A DNA stretch of 64,000 bases. Origin: Thermomonas sp. (lineage in GTDB: Bacteria > Pseudomonadota > Gammaproteobacteria > Xanthomonadales > Xanthomonadaceae). Of the stretch, positions 18,717 through 28,590 are shown in pieces. The stretch covers positions 8,033-72,032 of the forward strand of contig NZ_JAHRWW010000017.1 of the NCBI RefSeq assembly GCF_019104945.1. Reading direction: 5' to 3'. The position numbers were made by a program, and so were the translations under genes. Each line of letters begins with the position of its first letter. Positions within the stretch are counted from its first letter, which is position 1. The notes beneath the pieces are model-generated. The model worked only from the letters and a program-made list of their open reading frames with translations. It did no database searches and was not told where the DNA came from.

Positions 18717-21209
18717 ATGGCTACCCCGAAACCCTCGTCTAACGCTTCCATTTTGCCGGTGCTGCCGCTGCGCGACGTGGTGGTATTTCCGCATATGGTG
18801 ATCCCGCTGTTTGTGGGGCGTGAAAAATCGATTCGCGCGCTGGATATGGCGGTAGAAGGCGATAAGCGCATCCTGCTTGTGGCGCAAAAACAAGCCGATA
18901 TCGATGACCCTGTGGCCAACGATCTGCACGCCATGGGCACCATGGCGCAGGTGCTGCAATTGCTGAAGCTGCCCGACGGCACCATCAAGGTGCTGGTGGA
19001 GGGGCTGTCGCGCGCACGCGCGGTGGATGTGCATGAGCAAGAAGGCGCGCTCTATGCCACGGCCGAGACGGTTGCGTCTGGTACCGAGCGCGAACCGCTG
19101 GAAATTGCAGCGGTCACCCGTTCGCTGCTTTCCCTGTTCGAGCAGTACATCAAAACCAACCGCAAATTACCGCCCGAGTTGGTGCAAACGCTGGCGACGA
19201 TCGAAGACCCAGATCGGCTGGCCGATACCGTTTCCGCGCATCTTGGCGTGCGTTTGGCCGACAAACAAAAGCTGCTGGAGTCGCTGGACACCGCCACGCG
19301 TCTTGAGCTGCTAATTGGGCTGGTGGACGCAGAAATCGATGTGCAGCAGATGGAAAAGCGCATCCGTGGGCGCGTGAAATCGCAAATGGAAAAAGGCCAG
19401 CGCGAGTACTATCTCAACGAACAAATGAAGGCCATCCAGAAAGAGCTGGGTGACCTAGATGACGCTGCGCCCAACGATCTTGAGGCGCTGGCGAAGCGCA
19501 TTGCCGAATCCGGCATGCCCAAGCCGGTTGAGACCAAGGCGAAGTCCGAGCTCGCTAAGCTCAAGCAAATGTCACCGATGTCGGCTGAAGCGGGCGTGGT
19601 GCGCAACTATTTGGACTGGCTGCTGGGTGTGCCGTGGACGGCGCGCAGCAAGGTGCGCAAGGATCTGAAGGCCGCGCAAGAAACGTTGGATGCCGATCAC
19701 TATGGTTTAGAGAAGGTCAAAGAGCGCATCTTGGAATACCTCGCCGTGCAGGCGCGCGTGGCCAAGATGAAAGGGCCGATCCTATGCCTCGTGGGGCCGC
19801 CCGGTGTGGGCAAAACCTCGCTGGGGCAGTCGATTGCGAAAGCCACCAACCGCAAGTTCGTGCGGATGGCGCTGGGCGGCGTGCGCGACGAGGCGGAGAT
19901 TCGTGGCCACCGCCGCACCTATGTCGGCTCGATGCCGGGGCGCATCGTGCAAAATCTCAATAAAGTGGGCAGTAAAAACCCGCTGTTCGTGCTGGATGAG
20001 ATCGATAAGATGTCGATGGATTTCCGTGGCGATCCGTCCTCGGCGCTGCTGGAAGTGCTCGACCCTGAGCAGAACCACACCTTCAACGATCATTATCTCG
20101 AAGTTGATCTTGATCTATCCGAAGTGATGTTTGTCGCAACGTCGAACTCGATGAACATCCCCGGCCCGCTGCTGGATCGTATGGAAGTGATCCGCATCCC
20201 GGGTTATACCGAAGAGGAAAAGCGCAATATCGCAACCCGCTACTTGGTGCCCAAACAGCTCAAAGCCAATGGTTTGCGCGAGGGTGAACTGGCGATTGGT
20301 GAAAGCGCGATTACCGACATCATTCGCTACTACACGCGTGAATCGGGTGTGCGTAATCTGGAGCGTGAAATCGCCAAGATCGCGCGCAAGGTGGTCAAAG
20401 ACATTGCGCTGCAAGGGCCGCAGCCTGTGGTGAAGGCTAAAAAGGGCGAAGTGATAAAGCCCAAGACCGTGCACGTAACGGCGAAGAATCTGGGCAAGTA
20501 TCTCGGCGTGCAGCGGTTCGACTATGGCCGTGCCGAGGCTGAAAACGAAATCGGTTTGGTCACAGGCTTGGCTTGGACTGAGGTCGGCGGCGACTTACTG
20601 CAGATCGAATCCACGCTGGTGCCGGGTAAGGGTGCATTGATTCTCACAGGCCATCTGGGTGATGTGATGAAAGAATCGGCCTCCACTGCGCTGTCGGTGG
20701 TGCGCGCGCGCACCGCGCAATTGGGAATCGATTTGGACTTCCTGCAAAAGCATGATGTTCACGTTCATGTGCCGGATGGTGCAACGCCCAAGGATGGCCC
20801 CAGTGCAGGGATCGCGATGGCCACAACGCTGGTGTCGATGCTAACCAAAATCCCCGTGCGTCACGATGTGGCGATGACCGGCGAAATTACCCTGCGCGGT
20901 CGCGTCAGCGCGATTGGTGGACTGAAAGAAAAGCTGCTCGCTGCCCTACGCGGCGGTATCAGCACTGTGATTATTCCGGAAGAAAACCGCAAAGACCTTG
21001 CCGACCTTCCAGCCACGGTGACCAAGCACTTGAATATCATTCCGGTGAAGTGGATTGATGAGGTGCTCGACCTTGCGTTGGAGCGCCCTGTGCAAGTGCG
21101 CAAAGTCGCGGCAAAAGCCGCAAAGCCCAAAGCGAAGCGTTCGGTGGCGGCATTGGCCAAAGCCAAGACGCGGAGCAAAAATGGCGCGCGCGCGGCGATT
21201 AAGCATTAA
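18717..21209 (+). CDS. lon: ATP-dependent protease Lon (LonA)
   Basis: Listed ORF is 18642..21209. Start moved to ATG 18717 (GGAG 7 nt upstream), giving MATPKPSSNASILPVLPLRDVVVFPHMVIPLFVGR. Walker A GPPGVGKTS, catalytic Ser in DGPSAG. The last 39 aa are Lys/Ala-rich. Confidence 0.95.
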   Translation: MATPKPSSNASILPVLPLRDVVVFPHMVIPLFVGREKSIRALDMAVEGDKRILLVAQKQADIDDPVANDLHAMGTMAQVLQLLKLPDGTIKVLVEGLSRARAVDVHEQEGALYATAETVASGTEREPLEIAAVTRSLLSLFEQYIKTNRKLPPELVQTLATIEDPDRLADTVSAHLGVRLADKQKLLESLDTATRLELLIGLVDAEIDVQQMEKRIRGRVKSQMEKGQREYYLNEQMKAIQKELGDLDDAAPNDLEALAKRIAESGMPKPVETKAKSELAKLKQMSPMSAEAGVVRNYLDWLLGVPWTARSKVRKDLKAAQETLDADHYGLEKVKERILEYLAVQARVAKMKGPILCLVGPPGVGKTSLGQSIAKATNRKFVRMALGGVRDEAEIRGHRRTYVGSMPGRIVQNLNKVGSKNPLFVLDEIDKMSMDFRGDPSSALLEVLDPEQNHTFNDHYLEVDLDLSEVMFVATSNSMNIPGPLLDRMEVIRIPGYTEEEKRNIATRYLVPKQLKANGLREGELAIGESAITDIIRYYTRESGVRNLEREIAKIARKVVKDIALQGPQPVVKAKKGEVIKPKTVHVTAKNLGKYLGVQRFDYGRAEAENEIGLVTGLAWTEVGGDLLQIESTLVPGKGALILTGHLGDVMKESASTALSVVRARTAQLGIDLDFLQKHDVHVHVPDGATPKDGPSAGIAMATTLVSMLTKIPVRHDVAMTGEITLRGRVSAIGGLKEKLLAALRGGISTVIIPEENRKDLADLPATVTKHLNIIPVKWIDEVLDLALERPVQVRKVAAKAAKPKAKRSVAALAKAKTRSKNGARAAIKH

Positions 21210-21277
21210 AAAAGGCGACCAACATGGGAATTTTCTTACAAAAATAGCCGAAAGCCGCATCAACGCTACGTTTCCTG

Positions 21278-21306
21278 TTGCACGCAGGAAAATGCGCTGG
21301 TATAAG
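21278..21306 (+). promoter_or_regulatory. Sigma70-type promoter for hupB
   Basis: TTGCAC-17 bp-TATAAG, about 120 bp upstream of hupB. The leader contains an 8-bp hairpin GGGTTCAA..TTGAACCC at 21348..21377. Confidence 0.5.
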
Positions 21307-21424
21307 ATTGGCAACCGCGGCAGTTTAAAAAGTGCTGCGGCAAATTTGGGTTCAAGGCAGGGGAGCGTTTTGAACCCAACACTGAATTCTTCGCACCAAC
21401 ATCCGTCACGGAGCAATAAAGCAA

Positions 21425-21697
21425 ATGAATAAAGCCGAATTCGTAGAAGCCATCGCTGATGGCGCTGAACTGACCAAAGCCGACGCTGGCCGCGCTCTTG
21501 ATGCCATGATCGCTGCTGTCACCAAGGCTCTGAAGAAGGGTGACACCGTGACCCTCGTGGGCTTCGGCACCTTCTCGGTTCGTAAGCGTGGCGCCCGCAC
21601 CGGCCGCAACCCGCGCACCGGCGACACCATCAAGATCAAGGCCTCCAAGAACCCGACCTTCAAGGCGGGCAAGGCACTGAAAGACGCGGTCAACTGA
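21425..21697 (+). CDS. hupB: DNA-binding protein HU-beta
   Basis: 90 aa. [56 protein letters not shown]. Confidence 0.92.
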   Translation: MNKAEFVEAIADGAELTKADAGRALDAMIAAVTKALKKGDTVTLVGFGTFSVRKRGARTGRNPRTGDTIKIKASKNPTFKAGKALKDAVN

Positions 21698-21718
21698 TCG
21701 CATCGCCTTGATGGCACA

Positions 21719-21747
21719 AAAGCCCGGCCATGTGCCGGGCTTTTTTA
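21719..21747 (+). terminator. Rho-independent terminator after hupB
   Basis: AGCCCGGC-catgt-GCCGGGCT followed by TTTTT. Confidence 0.8.
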
Positions 21748-21813
21748 ATATGTGCAAAGTTTTGGAAAAGGGGTTCCACTTTGCATCGAAGGCTGTCATA
21801 CTTCGCGCCCTTC

Positions 21814-21888
21814 GGGCACTTAGCTCAGCGGTAGAGCGGCTCCCTTACAAGGAGCGGGTCGGGGGTTCGATCCCCTCAGTGCCCACCA
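21814..21888 (+). tRNA. tRNA-Val (anticodon UAC)
   Basis: 75-nt cloverleaf GGGCACTTAGCTCAGCGGTAGAGC; anticodon arm GCTCC-CTTACAA-GGAGC; encoded CCA. Confidence 0.9.
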
Positions 21889-21950
21889 AGAAAAGTTTCA
21901 AAAAAGAGTTGCGTTAGTCTGAAAGTTGTATAGAATAGCGGGCTCACAGC

Positions 21951-22027
21951 GGAGTGGTAGTTCAGTCGGTTAGAATGCTGGCCTGTCACGCCGGAGGTCG
22001 CGGGTTCGAGTCCCGTCCACTCCGCCA
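21951..22027 (+). tRNA. tRNA-Asp (anticodon GUC)
   Basis: 77-nt cloverleaf GGAGTGGTAGTTCAGTCGGTTAGAAT; anticodon loop CTGTCAC; GGGTTCGAGTCCC T-arm; encoded CCA. Confidence 0.9.
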
Positions 22028-22044
22028 TTTAGTGAAAGCAAAAA

Positions 22045-22076
22045 TCCCTGCAGCGATGCGGGGTTTTTTGTTTTTG
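22045..22076 (+). terminator. Probable terminator after tRNA-Asp
   Basis: CCCTGC-agcgat-GCGGGG (one G:U pair) followed by TTTTTTGTTTTT. Confidence 0.55.
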
Positions 22077-22151
22077 GCGTGTGCGTTTCATCAGCGCAGA
22101 CAGGCAGTTCGCGTTAGACTAGAGGGCTACGTCTTAATTGCTGGTTGGCCA

Positions 22152-24119
22152 ATGCTGCAGAATCTCCGTGAAAAGACCTCGGGTTGGATCGGTGCCACGA
22201 TCCTAGGCCTGTTGACCATTCCGTTTGCCTTTTTCGGCATGGAGTCTTACATGTCGCAAAGCGTGGAGACTTATGTCGCCCGTATTGCGCAGCCGCCATC
22301 GTGGTGGGCTTCCGCGCCGCAGGTGTGGCCGGTGACCTATCTTTGGCATATCGAAGACATCGACGCGCAGGAATACCGCGAGCGCCTAGAAGATGTGCGT
22401 ATGCGCATGCGCGACCAGCAGGGCGATAACTTCGACCCTAAGGCGTTTGAGTCGGCGGAGAACAAGCGCAAGATCGTGGATGCGATGATTGATGAGCGCC
22501 TGATGAAGATGGCTTCAGATCGCGATGGCGTGGTCATCAGCGACAATGAAGTGCGTAAGACCATTCAAGGGATGCCTGATTTTCAGGTGGACGGCGCGTT
22601 TAATACCGACCGCTACCGGCTGTTGCTGGCGTCGCAGAACCCGCCGATGACCCCGGCGCAGTTTGATGCGCGTATTCGTGAAAGTTTGAAGAACGCGCTG
22701 ATCCCAACCGCGATTTCGCAGTCTGGGTTTGTGACCAATGCCGAGCTCGATCGCCTGATGCGCCTCATGGGCGAGCATCGCGACGTGAGTTTCCTCATGC
22801 TGCCGCCGCCCGCTCCGGATCGCGCTGAGGTAACCGCGGCGCAGATCGACGCTTGGTATAAAGCCCACCAAGGCGAATACCGCAAGCCGGAAACAGTGCG
22901 CCTTGAGTACGTCGAGGTGGATGCCAGCAGTGCGCAGTCTTCCGCTGCGGATGAAGCTGATCTGCGCAAGCGCTATCAGGAAAATATCGCCAAGTATTCG
23001 TCGGCTGAAAAGCGCGAGGTCTCGCATATTTTGGTAGAAGTGCCGAGCAATGCAGACGCAGCGGCGAAGAAGGCCGCTGAGGCCAAGGCGAACAAGCTGG
23101 CTGCGGAAGCTAAAGCGCCGGGTGCTGATTTTGCCGCACTTGCGAAAGCCAATTCCGATGACGCAGGTTCAAAGGAAAAGGGGGGCGACTTGGGCTGGAT
23201 GGCCAAGGGCGGCATGCCGGGTGCGTTTGATGACGCGGCGTTTGCGATGAAAGACGGTGAAGTGCGCGGGCCGATTAAATCGGACTTCGGCTATCACATC
23301 GTTAAATTGAATGCGATCCAGCCGGGCGTGCAGCGCACGTTTGAAGAAGTGCGCCCAGAGCTTGAAAAAGAACTCCAGGAAGGCTCGCGCGAGCGTGCGT
23401 TCAACGAGCTCACCGGAAAGCTCGTGGACGCCGTGTATAAGACGCCAACATCGCTGGAACCTGCCGCCAAAGCGATGGGCTTGGAGCTAAAGACCACGCC
23501 GCCCTTTACCCGCGCCGGTGGCCCTGGAATTGCGAGCGATCAAAAAGTGCTGCGCGCAGCGTTCTCTGACGTGCTGCTGCAAGACGGCACCGCCAGTGAT
23601 CCGATCGAACTTGGGCCGGAGCATAGCGTGCTGGTGCGCGTGATCGACCATGTGCCGGAGCGTGCGCTGAAGCTTGATGAGGTGAAGGACGCGGTGATTG
23701 CGGAGATCCATGCCGACCGCGAGCGTAAAGCTGCAGAAACGGCAGCGAATGCGCTGATCAAGCTGGCCAATGAGAAGGGCTTGGCGGAAGCGGTTAAGAC
23801 GCTTGGTTTAGAAGTCACCGAGGCAAAAGACATTACCCGCAGCGTAGCGATGCCCACACCTGAAATTACGGCGGCGTTCTTCAATGTACCGCGCCCGCAA
23901 AATGGCAAGGTGACGGCGCATAAGGTGCAGTTGGGTGGCCAGTTCGTGCTGTTTGCGGTGAGCGCGGCGCGGGATGCGGATCTGGGGCAGGTGACGCCGC
24001 AGGAGCGCAATCAGTTGCGTCAGCAGGTGTCGATGGCCAATGGTATTCAGGCGCAGGAAGCTTTCGTACGTGCGGCGCGTCAAAGCTACAAGATCAAGGT
24101 GGCCGAAGATCGCCTGTAA
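22152..24119 (+). CDS. ppiD: Periplasmic chaperone / peptidyl-prolyl isomerase PpiD
   Basis: Listed ORF is 21954..24119, which overlaps tRNA-Asp. Start moved to ATG 22152, giving MLQNLREKTSGWIGATILGLLTIPFAFFG (N-terminal membrane anchor). Parvulin-like region GGDLGWMAKGGMPGAFDDAAF..FGYHIVKL. Conserved position after hupB. Confidence 0.88.
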   Translation: MLQNLREKTSGWIGATILGLLTIPFAFFGMESYMSQSVETYVARIAQPPSWWASAPQVWPVTYLWHIEDIDAQEYRERLEDVRMRMRDQQGDNFDPKAFESAENKRKIVDAMIDERLMKMASDRDGVVISDNEVRKTIQGMPDFQVDGAFNTDRYRLLLASQNPPMTPAQFDARIRESLKNALIPTAISQSGFVTNAELDRLMRLMGEHRDVSFLMLPPPAPDRAEVTAAQIDAWYKAHQGEYRKPETVRLEYVEVDASSAQSSAADEADLRKRYQENIAKYSSAEKREVSHILVEVPSNADAAAKKAAEAKANKLAAEAKAPGADFAALAKANSDDAGSKEKGGDLGWMAKGGMPGAFDDAAFAMKDGEVRGPIKSDFGYHIVKLNAIQPGVQRTFEEVRPELEKELQEGSRERAFNELTGKLVDAVYKTPTSLEPAAKAMGLELKTTPPFTRAGGPGIASDQKVLRAAFSDVLLQDGTASDPIELGPEHSVLVRVIDHVPERALKLDEVKDAVIAEIHADRERKAAETAANALIKLANEKGLAEAVKTLGLEVTEAKDITRSVAMPTPEITAAFFNVPRPQNGKVTAHKVQLGGQFVLFAVSAARDADLGQVTPQERNQLRQQVSMANGIQAQEAFVRAARQSYKIKVAEDRL

Positions 24120-24162
24120 GGGCGATCTTCCAAGCAGCCGCATTTTCTGTAGTGCTGATAAC

Positions 24163-24190
24163 AAAACGCCCGGTCATTGCCGGGCGTTTT
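24163..24190. terminator. Bidirectional terminator between ppiD and fabI
   Basis: AAAACGCCCGG-tcattg-CCGGGCGTTTT. Confidence 0.8.
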
Positions 24191-24209
24191 GCTTGGAGCA
24201 TGTGGCGGT

Positions 24210-24998
24210 TTATTCGATACCGCTCATACCCATGATGTTGTAACCCGCATCCACGTAGGTCACTTCGCCGGTGATACCGGAGGCAAGGTCTGAACATAGG
24301 AATGCAGCGGCGTTGCCAACGTCTTCGATAGAAACAGTACGGCGCAGCGGTGCGGCGGCTTCAAAGGTGCTGAGCATCTTGCGGAAGTTGGCCACGCCAG
24401 AGGCGGCGAGGGTGCGGATCGGGCCAGCCGAGATTGCATTGACGCGGGTGCCTTCCGGCCCTAACGACATCGCCATATAGCGCACAGTGGCTTCCAGCGA
24501 GGCCTTGGCCACGCCCATGGTGTTGTAATTGGCCAGCGCGCGTTCGGCACCCAGATAGGACAGGGTTAGGATGCTGCCGTTGCGGCCTTTCATCAGCGGG
24601 CGTGCGGCCTTGCCCAGCGCGGCCAGCGAGTAGGCGCTGATGTCATGCGCAATGTGATAAGCCTCGCGGCTGATGCCGTCAAGGAAGTCGCCTTCAATCG
24701 CTTCGCGCGGGGCGAAGGCGATGCAGTGGACGAGGATGTCAAAGCCATCGCTCCAGTGCTTGCCCAGTTCGTCGAAGCAGGCGGTAATTTGGCCGTCGTC
24801 GGCTACGTCGAGCGGCAATACAATGTTGCTGCCGTATTCTTCGGCCGCTGCCTCTACGCGTGATTTGAGCTTGTCGTTTTGGTAGGTCAGCGCCAGTTCT
24901 GCGCCTTCACGATGAAAAGCGTCGGCAATGCCGGTGGCGATTGAACGCTGGCTGGCGATGCCGGTGACCAGCGCACGCTTGCCTTGCAGAAATCCCAT
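24210..24998 (-). CDS. fabI: Enoyl-ACP reductase (NADH) FabI
   Basis: 262 aa. [21 protein letters not shown], then [24 protein letters not shown] (Tyr/Lys catalytic region). Confidence 0.92.
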   Translation of the reverse strand: MGFLQGKRALVTGIASQRSIATGIADAFHREGAELALTYQNDKLKSRVEAAAEEYGSNIVLPLDVADDGQITACFDELGKHWSDGFDILVHCIAFAPREAIEGDFLDGISREAYHIAHDISAYSLAALGKAARPLMKGRNGSILTLSYLGAERALANYNTMGVAKASLEATVRYMAMSLGPEGTRVNAISAGPIRTLAASGVANFRKMLSTFEAAAPLRRTVSIEDVGNAAAFLCSDLASGITGEVTYVDAGYNIMGMSGIE

Positions 24999-25080
24999 GG
25001 TGTCTCCTTGGTGGTGCGCCAGGTGGCGCGTCGAGCGAATGCTTTAGTTTGCCTTGTGCGGGGCTTGCAGACCAGCCCAA

Positions 25081-25845
25081 TCAGCCGCGAAATTCATCTT
25101 TCCATGCACGCAGTGCAGCAAAAATCTCGCTTGAATGGGTGAATGTTTGCCCCGCGCGCCGCTGTACGGCTTCGCGCACAGGCTGCACATCGCAGCGCAG
25201 GAATGGGTTGCAAGCGCGCTCATCGCCCAGCGTTGTGGGCAGCGTTGGCTGGCCCGCCGCGCGCTGCGCGCGGGCTTGGGCCATGCGCTGCTGCAGGGCG
25301 GTGTTGCCAGGTTCGATGGTGAGCGCAAACGCGGCATTACTGAGGGTGTATTCGTGCGCGCAGCAGACCTGCGTGGCGCCTGGCAGGGCGGCGAGGCGCT
25401 GCAATGAGGCATACATTTGCTCGGCCGTGCCCTCGAACATGCGCCCACAGCCAAGGCTAAATAGAGTGTCGCCACAGAACAGTAGCCCCTCACCTGCGTA
25501 CGCAATATGGCTGCGGGTGTGGCCGGGGACTGTGATTACGCGGAACTGCCAAGGGCCAATGCTGAGCATTTGTTCGCCATATACATGGCGAAAACCGCTG
25601 GGCAGACGCGTATCTTGCGGCGCATAAACAGGCGTATCCGGCCAGTGTTCCAGCAGCTTGGCTACCCCGCCGATATGGTCGTCGTGGTGGTGGGTCAGCA
25701 AGATGGCGTAGGGCGGGGGATCATTTCCCCAGGCTGCTAAAACCGGCGCTGCTTGGCCTGGATCAACGATCAATGCGCGCCCACTGGGGTCGCGAAGCCG
25801 CCAGATATAGTTATCGTTAAAAGCGGGTATCGGCAGAAGATCCAT
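25081..25845 (-). CDS. gloB: Hydroxyacylglutathione hydrolase (glyoxalase II)
   Basis: Listed ORF is 25081..25893. Start moved to ATG 25845, giving MDLLPIPAFNDNYIWRL. Metallo-beta-lactamase motif THHHDDHIGG. Confidence 0.9.
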   Translation of the reverse strand: MDLLPIPAFNDNYIWRLRDPSGRALIVDPGQAAPVLAAWGNDPPPYAILLTHHHDDHIGGVAKLLEHWPDTPVYAPQDTRLPSGFRHVYGEQMLSIGPWQFRVITVPGHTRSHIAYAGEGLLFCGDTLFSLGCGRMFEGTAEQMYASLQRLAALPGATQVCCAHEYTLSNAAFALTIEPGNTALQQRMAQARAQRAAGQPTLPTTLGDERACNPFLRCDVQPVREAVQRRAGQTFTHSSEIFAALRAWKDEFRG

Positions 25846-25891
25846 TTGTCTAGCCGTGACGTTGGGCAGCATTTGCCGCAGAATCACCACC

Positions 25892-26557
25892 ATGCCGTCG
25901 TTTGCTTTCTCCCGTCAACCTGAATCTGTCGCCGCCGCTTGGTTTTCCAGTCGCGCCGGGCAGGTGCTGCTAGAGAGCGAGCAGGACGTGCTACAGGTCG
26001 CCTTATCCCAGCGCGCTGGGCTTGCCAGCCTGTGGCTGGGGCCGCAGGCCGCGCTGGCGCCCACGGATGTAGATGAGCTGCCACTGCTACGGCTGAGTAG
26101 CGATGCTTGGCCGCTTTTGCAGGGCGACGTGCGCTGTACGCTGCCGCTGCCGCTAGCAACTGAGTCGTGTGCGACGGTGATCGTGCAGCATGTGGAGATA
26201 CAAGGCAGTGCATCGCAACAGCTTTTGGACGAATGCGCGCGCGTGCTGATTCCCGGTGGCCGGTTGTGGTTGCTGGCACTTAACCCGTTTGCGCCGTATC
26301 GCCTGCGCTGGCGTGGTAGCGGGCTAGGTGCGCGTGAACCCGTGACGTGGCGGCGTCGCCTGCGCGGTGCAGGCTTGCTGCCAGATTCACTGACTCGTGG
26401 CCTTGGGCCGAGCTGGGCCGAGCTACCCGACGGGCGTCTGCAAGATGGCGTGGGCTTACGCGCCGCGTATCTGCTGCGTGCCGAGAAGCGGCAACTGCCG
26501 TTAACCCCTATGCGAGCACGCCCGTTGCTGCGCTGGGCTCCAGGAGGGGCGGCATGA
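25892..26557 (+). CDS. YafS-like class I SAM-dependent methyltransferase (putative)
   Basis: Lies between gloB and rnhA, as E. coli yafS does. From memory, [30 protein letters not shown] and RQLPLTPM resemble YafS. Start is ATG 25892 or GTG 25856. Confidence 0.6.
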   Translation: MPSFAFSRQPESVAAAWFSSRAGQVLLESEQDVLQVALSQRAGLASLWLGPQAALAPTDVDELPLLRLSSDAWPLLQGDVRCTLPLPLATESCATVIVQHVEIQGSASQQLLDECARVLIPGGRLWLLALNPFAPYRLRWRGSGLGAREPVTWRRRLRGAGLLPDSLTRGLGPSWAELPDGRLQDGVGLRAAYLLRAEKRQLPLTPMRARPLLRWAPGGAA

Positions 26558-27012
26558 ACGCAGTGCGCAAGCAAGTGGAAGCCTTTACCGATGGCGCCTG
26601 CCTAGGCAACCCCGGCCCCGGTGGTTGGGGCGTGCTGCTGCGTTGGCGCGGGATCGAGCGTGATCTTTCTGGCGGTGAGGCGCAGACCACCAATAACCGC
26701 ATGGAGTTGATGGCGGCGATTGCGGCACTGGAAACCCTGAAAGAGCCGTGCGATGTCGTGCTTACCACCGATTCTCAATACGTGCGCCAAGGCATTACCG
26801 AATGGATGGCCAATTGGCTGCGGCGGGGGTGGAAAACGGCCGGAGGCGATCCTGTCAAAAACCGTGACCTATGGGAGCGCCTGCATTTGGCGGCTAGCCG
26901 ACATTCCGTTGATTGGCGCTGGGTCAAAGGCCATGCTGGACATGCAGAAAATGAGCGGGTGGACGTTTTAGCGCGCGATGCGGCGCTGACATTTAAGGAT
27001 CAGGTGAACTAA
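26554..27012 (+). CDS. rnhA: Ribonuclease HI
   Basis: Internal start ATG 26554 (AGGAGG upstream, ATGA overlap with the preceding stop). [53 protein letters not shown]. Confidence 0.93.
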   Translation: MNAVRKQVEAFTDGACLGNPGPGGWGVLLRWRGIERDLSGGEAQTTNNRMELMAAIAALETLKEPCDVVLTTDSQYVRQGITEWMANWLRRGWKTAGGDPVKNRDLWERLHLAASRHSVDWRWVKGHAGHAENERVDVLARDAALTFKDQVN

Positions 27013-27734
27013 TGCGGCAGATCGTGCTGGATACCGAAACCACCGGTATCGAATGGAAAAAAGGCAACCGTGTCGTCGAAATTGGCTGCGTGGAGCTGCT
27101 GGATCGTCGCCCTAGCGGGCGCACGTTTCACTGCTATTTGAACCCAGACCGAGAGTTTGAGCCGGGCGCGCAAGAAGTGACCGGGCTGACCTTGGACTTT
27201 CTTGCCGATAAGCCGCGCTTTCCCGAGATTGTCGATGAGTTCTTGATGTTTATTGATGGCGCAGAGCTGGTCATCCATAACGCGGCGTTCGATATTGGCT
27301 TTTTGGATGCGGAGCTGGCGCGGTTAGATGGTCGCGGCACAATCCGCGAGCGCTGCACGGTAGAAGATACGCTGGCAATGGCGCGCAAGCGCTTCCCCGG
27401 CGCGAAGGTGTCGCTGGATGCGCTGTGCAAGCGCCTTGGCGTGGATAATTCGCAGCGCCAGCTGCATGGCGCGTTGCTTGACGCGCAAATTTTGACCGAT
27501 GTGTATCTTGCGCTGACGTCGGAGCAGCGCGAAATTGGGTTTGAGCGCGAAGCGTTGGCAGATTCAGAAGCGGTGAACGCACCCATTACGATTGCGGATG
27601 CATCGCGGCGGCCGCGTGTGCACGTATCGGATGAAGAAGCGCAGGCGCATGCAGAACAACTTGCGATCGTGCAGAAAAAGGCCGGACGCTGTCTGTGGTC
27701 AGAGTTGGAAGAAGGGGCTGCAGATGCGGCTTAG
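27012..27734 (+). CDS. dnaQ: DNA polymerase III epsilon subunit (3'-5' proofreading exonuclease)
   Basis: 240 aa. Exo motifs IVLDTETTG, LVIHNAAFDIGFL and HGALLDAQILTDVY. Start overlaps the rnhA stop (TAATG). Confidence 0.93.
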   Translation: MRQIVLDTETTGIEWKKGNRVVEIGCVELLDRRPSGRTFHCYLNPDREFEPGAQEVTGLTLDFLADKPRFPEIVDEFLMFIDGAELVIHNAAFDIGFLDAELARLDGRGTIRERCTVEDTLAMARKRFPGAKVSLDALCKRLGVDNSQRQLHGALLDAQILTDVYLALTSEQREIGFEREALADSEAVNAPITIADASRRPRVHVSDEEAQAHAEQLAIVQKKAGRCLWSELEEGAADAA

Positions 27735-28435
27735 TGCCTGCGTACCAGCACTACGGTGATATTGTCGGAGCCGCCGCCGTCGAGCGCTGCGGCGACGAGG
27801 CCATCGACGCATTCTTGCGCGCTGCACTCGTGGTGCGATAGCACCTGCGCGATGTGTGGATCATCTACTTCTTCGGTAAGCCCGTCACTGCATAACAATA
27901 GCTGCATGCCCGGCCGCAGTTCGCCGACACGGGTTTCGATATTGAGTTGATCGGGCGTGGTGACGCCGAGTGCCTGTGTCACCACGTTGCGATGTGGGTG
28001 GCTGCGCGCCTGTTCGGCGCTGATGGCACCTTGCGCGATCAATTCCTGCACATAGCTGTGATCGTGTGAAATTTGGGTCAGCGTGTCGTCGTGCCAGAGG
28101 TAGATGCGGCTATCGCCCACCCACGCAATTTCAAAACGGTTGCCGGTGATCCGCGCGGCAACAATCGTGGTGCCCATTGGCAGGCTGTCGCCACGGTGGC
28201 GCGAATGACGGATGATTTCTTCGTCGGCCACTCGAATCGCAGCCGAGAGTGAGCTGCCTGAGCTGATTTCGCGCACCACAGTTTCGCGCGCCAGCGCGCT
28301 GGCCACTTCGCCATATTCGTGGCCACCCATACCGTCGGCGACCAGCCATAGGCCAAGATCGCTATCGCCGTAATAGGTGTCCTCGTTGAGCTCGCGGCGC
28401 AGGCCAACGTGGGTGAGGTGTCCGAATTCGATCAT
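27731..28435 (-). CDS. PP2C/PPM-family Ser/Thr protein phosphatase
   Basis: 234 aa. HVGLRRELNEDT, ADGMGGHEYGEVAS, LLLCSDGL, GGSDNITVVLV. Its stop codon overlaps the dnaQ stop (TTAG at 27731-27734). Confidence 0.85.
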   Translation of the reverse strand: MIEFGHLTHVGLRRELNEDTYYGDSDLGLWLVADGMGGHEYGEVASALARETVVREISSGSSLSAAIRVADEEIIRHSRHRGDSLPMGTTIVAARITGNRFEIAWVGDSRIYLWHDDTLTQISHDHSYVQELIAQGAISAEQARSHPHRNVVTQALGVTTPDQLNIETRVGELRPGMQLLLCSDGLTEEVDDPHIAQVLSHHECSAQECVDGLVAAALDGGGSDNITVVLVRRH

Positions 28436-28552
28436 GCGAACGTCAATACTCGGGGTTCAATTATGTAAAACGCAAGCATGGGGAGAAATAGGACGGCATT
28501 CACACGATAATGTGGTTTTAACCAACAAAATGCCCCTGCCATTCGTTTATTG

Positions 28553-28583
28553 GCAGAAAAAGAAAACGCCCCGATGGGGCGTC
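28553..28583 (-). terminator. Terminator downstream of tRNA-Ser
   Basis: Minus strand: ACGCCCC-atc-GGGGCGT followed by TTTCTTTTTCT. Confidence 0.6.
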
Positions 28584-28590
28584 TTGTAAC

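Noticed and set aside
21954-22151. N-terminal extensions of listed ORFs that run through RNA genes or neighbouring genes: ppiD over tRNA-Asp, 14168..14302 over tRNA-Leu, 9994..10305 over grxC, 944..1114 over the M28 gene start, 46828..46956 over the riboswitch platform.
   Set aside because: Conserved N-termini or signal peptides begin at internal Met codons, often with SD sequences. The extensions overlap independently supported features.
25915-26574. 219-aa minus-strand ORF competing with the yafS-like gene.
   Set aside because: The plus-strand frame shows YafS-like blocks ([26 protein letters not shown]). It has E. coli-like synteny (gloB-yafS-rnhA) and an ATGA coupling to rnhA. The minus-frame product is Arg/Ser/Pro-rich with no motifs.
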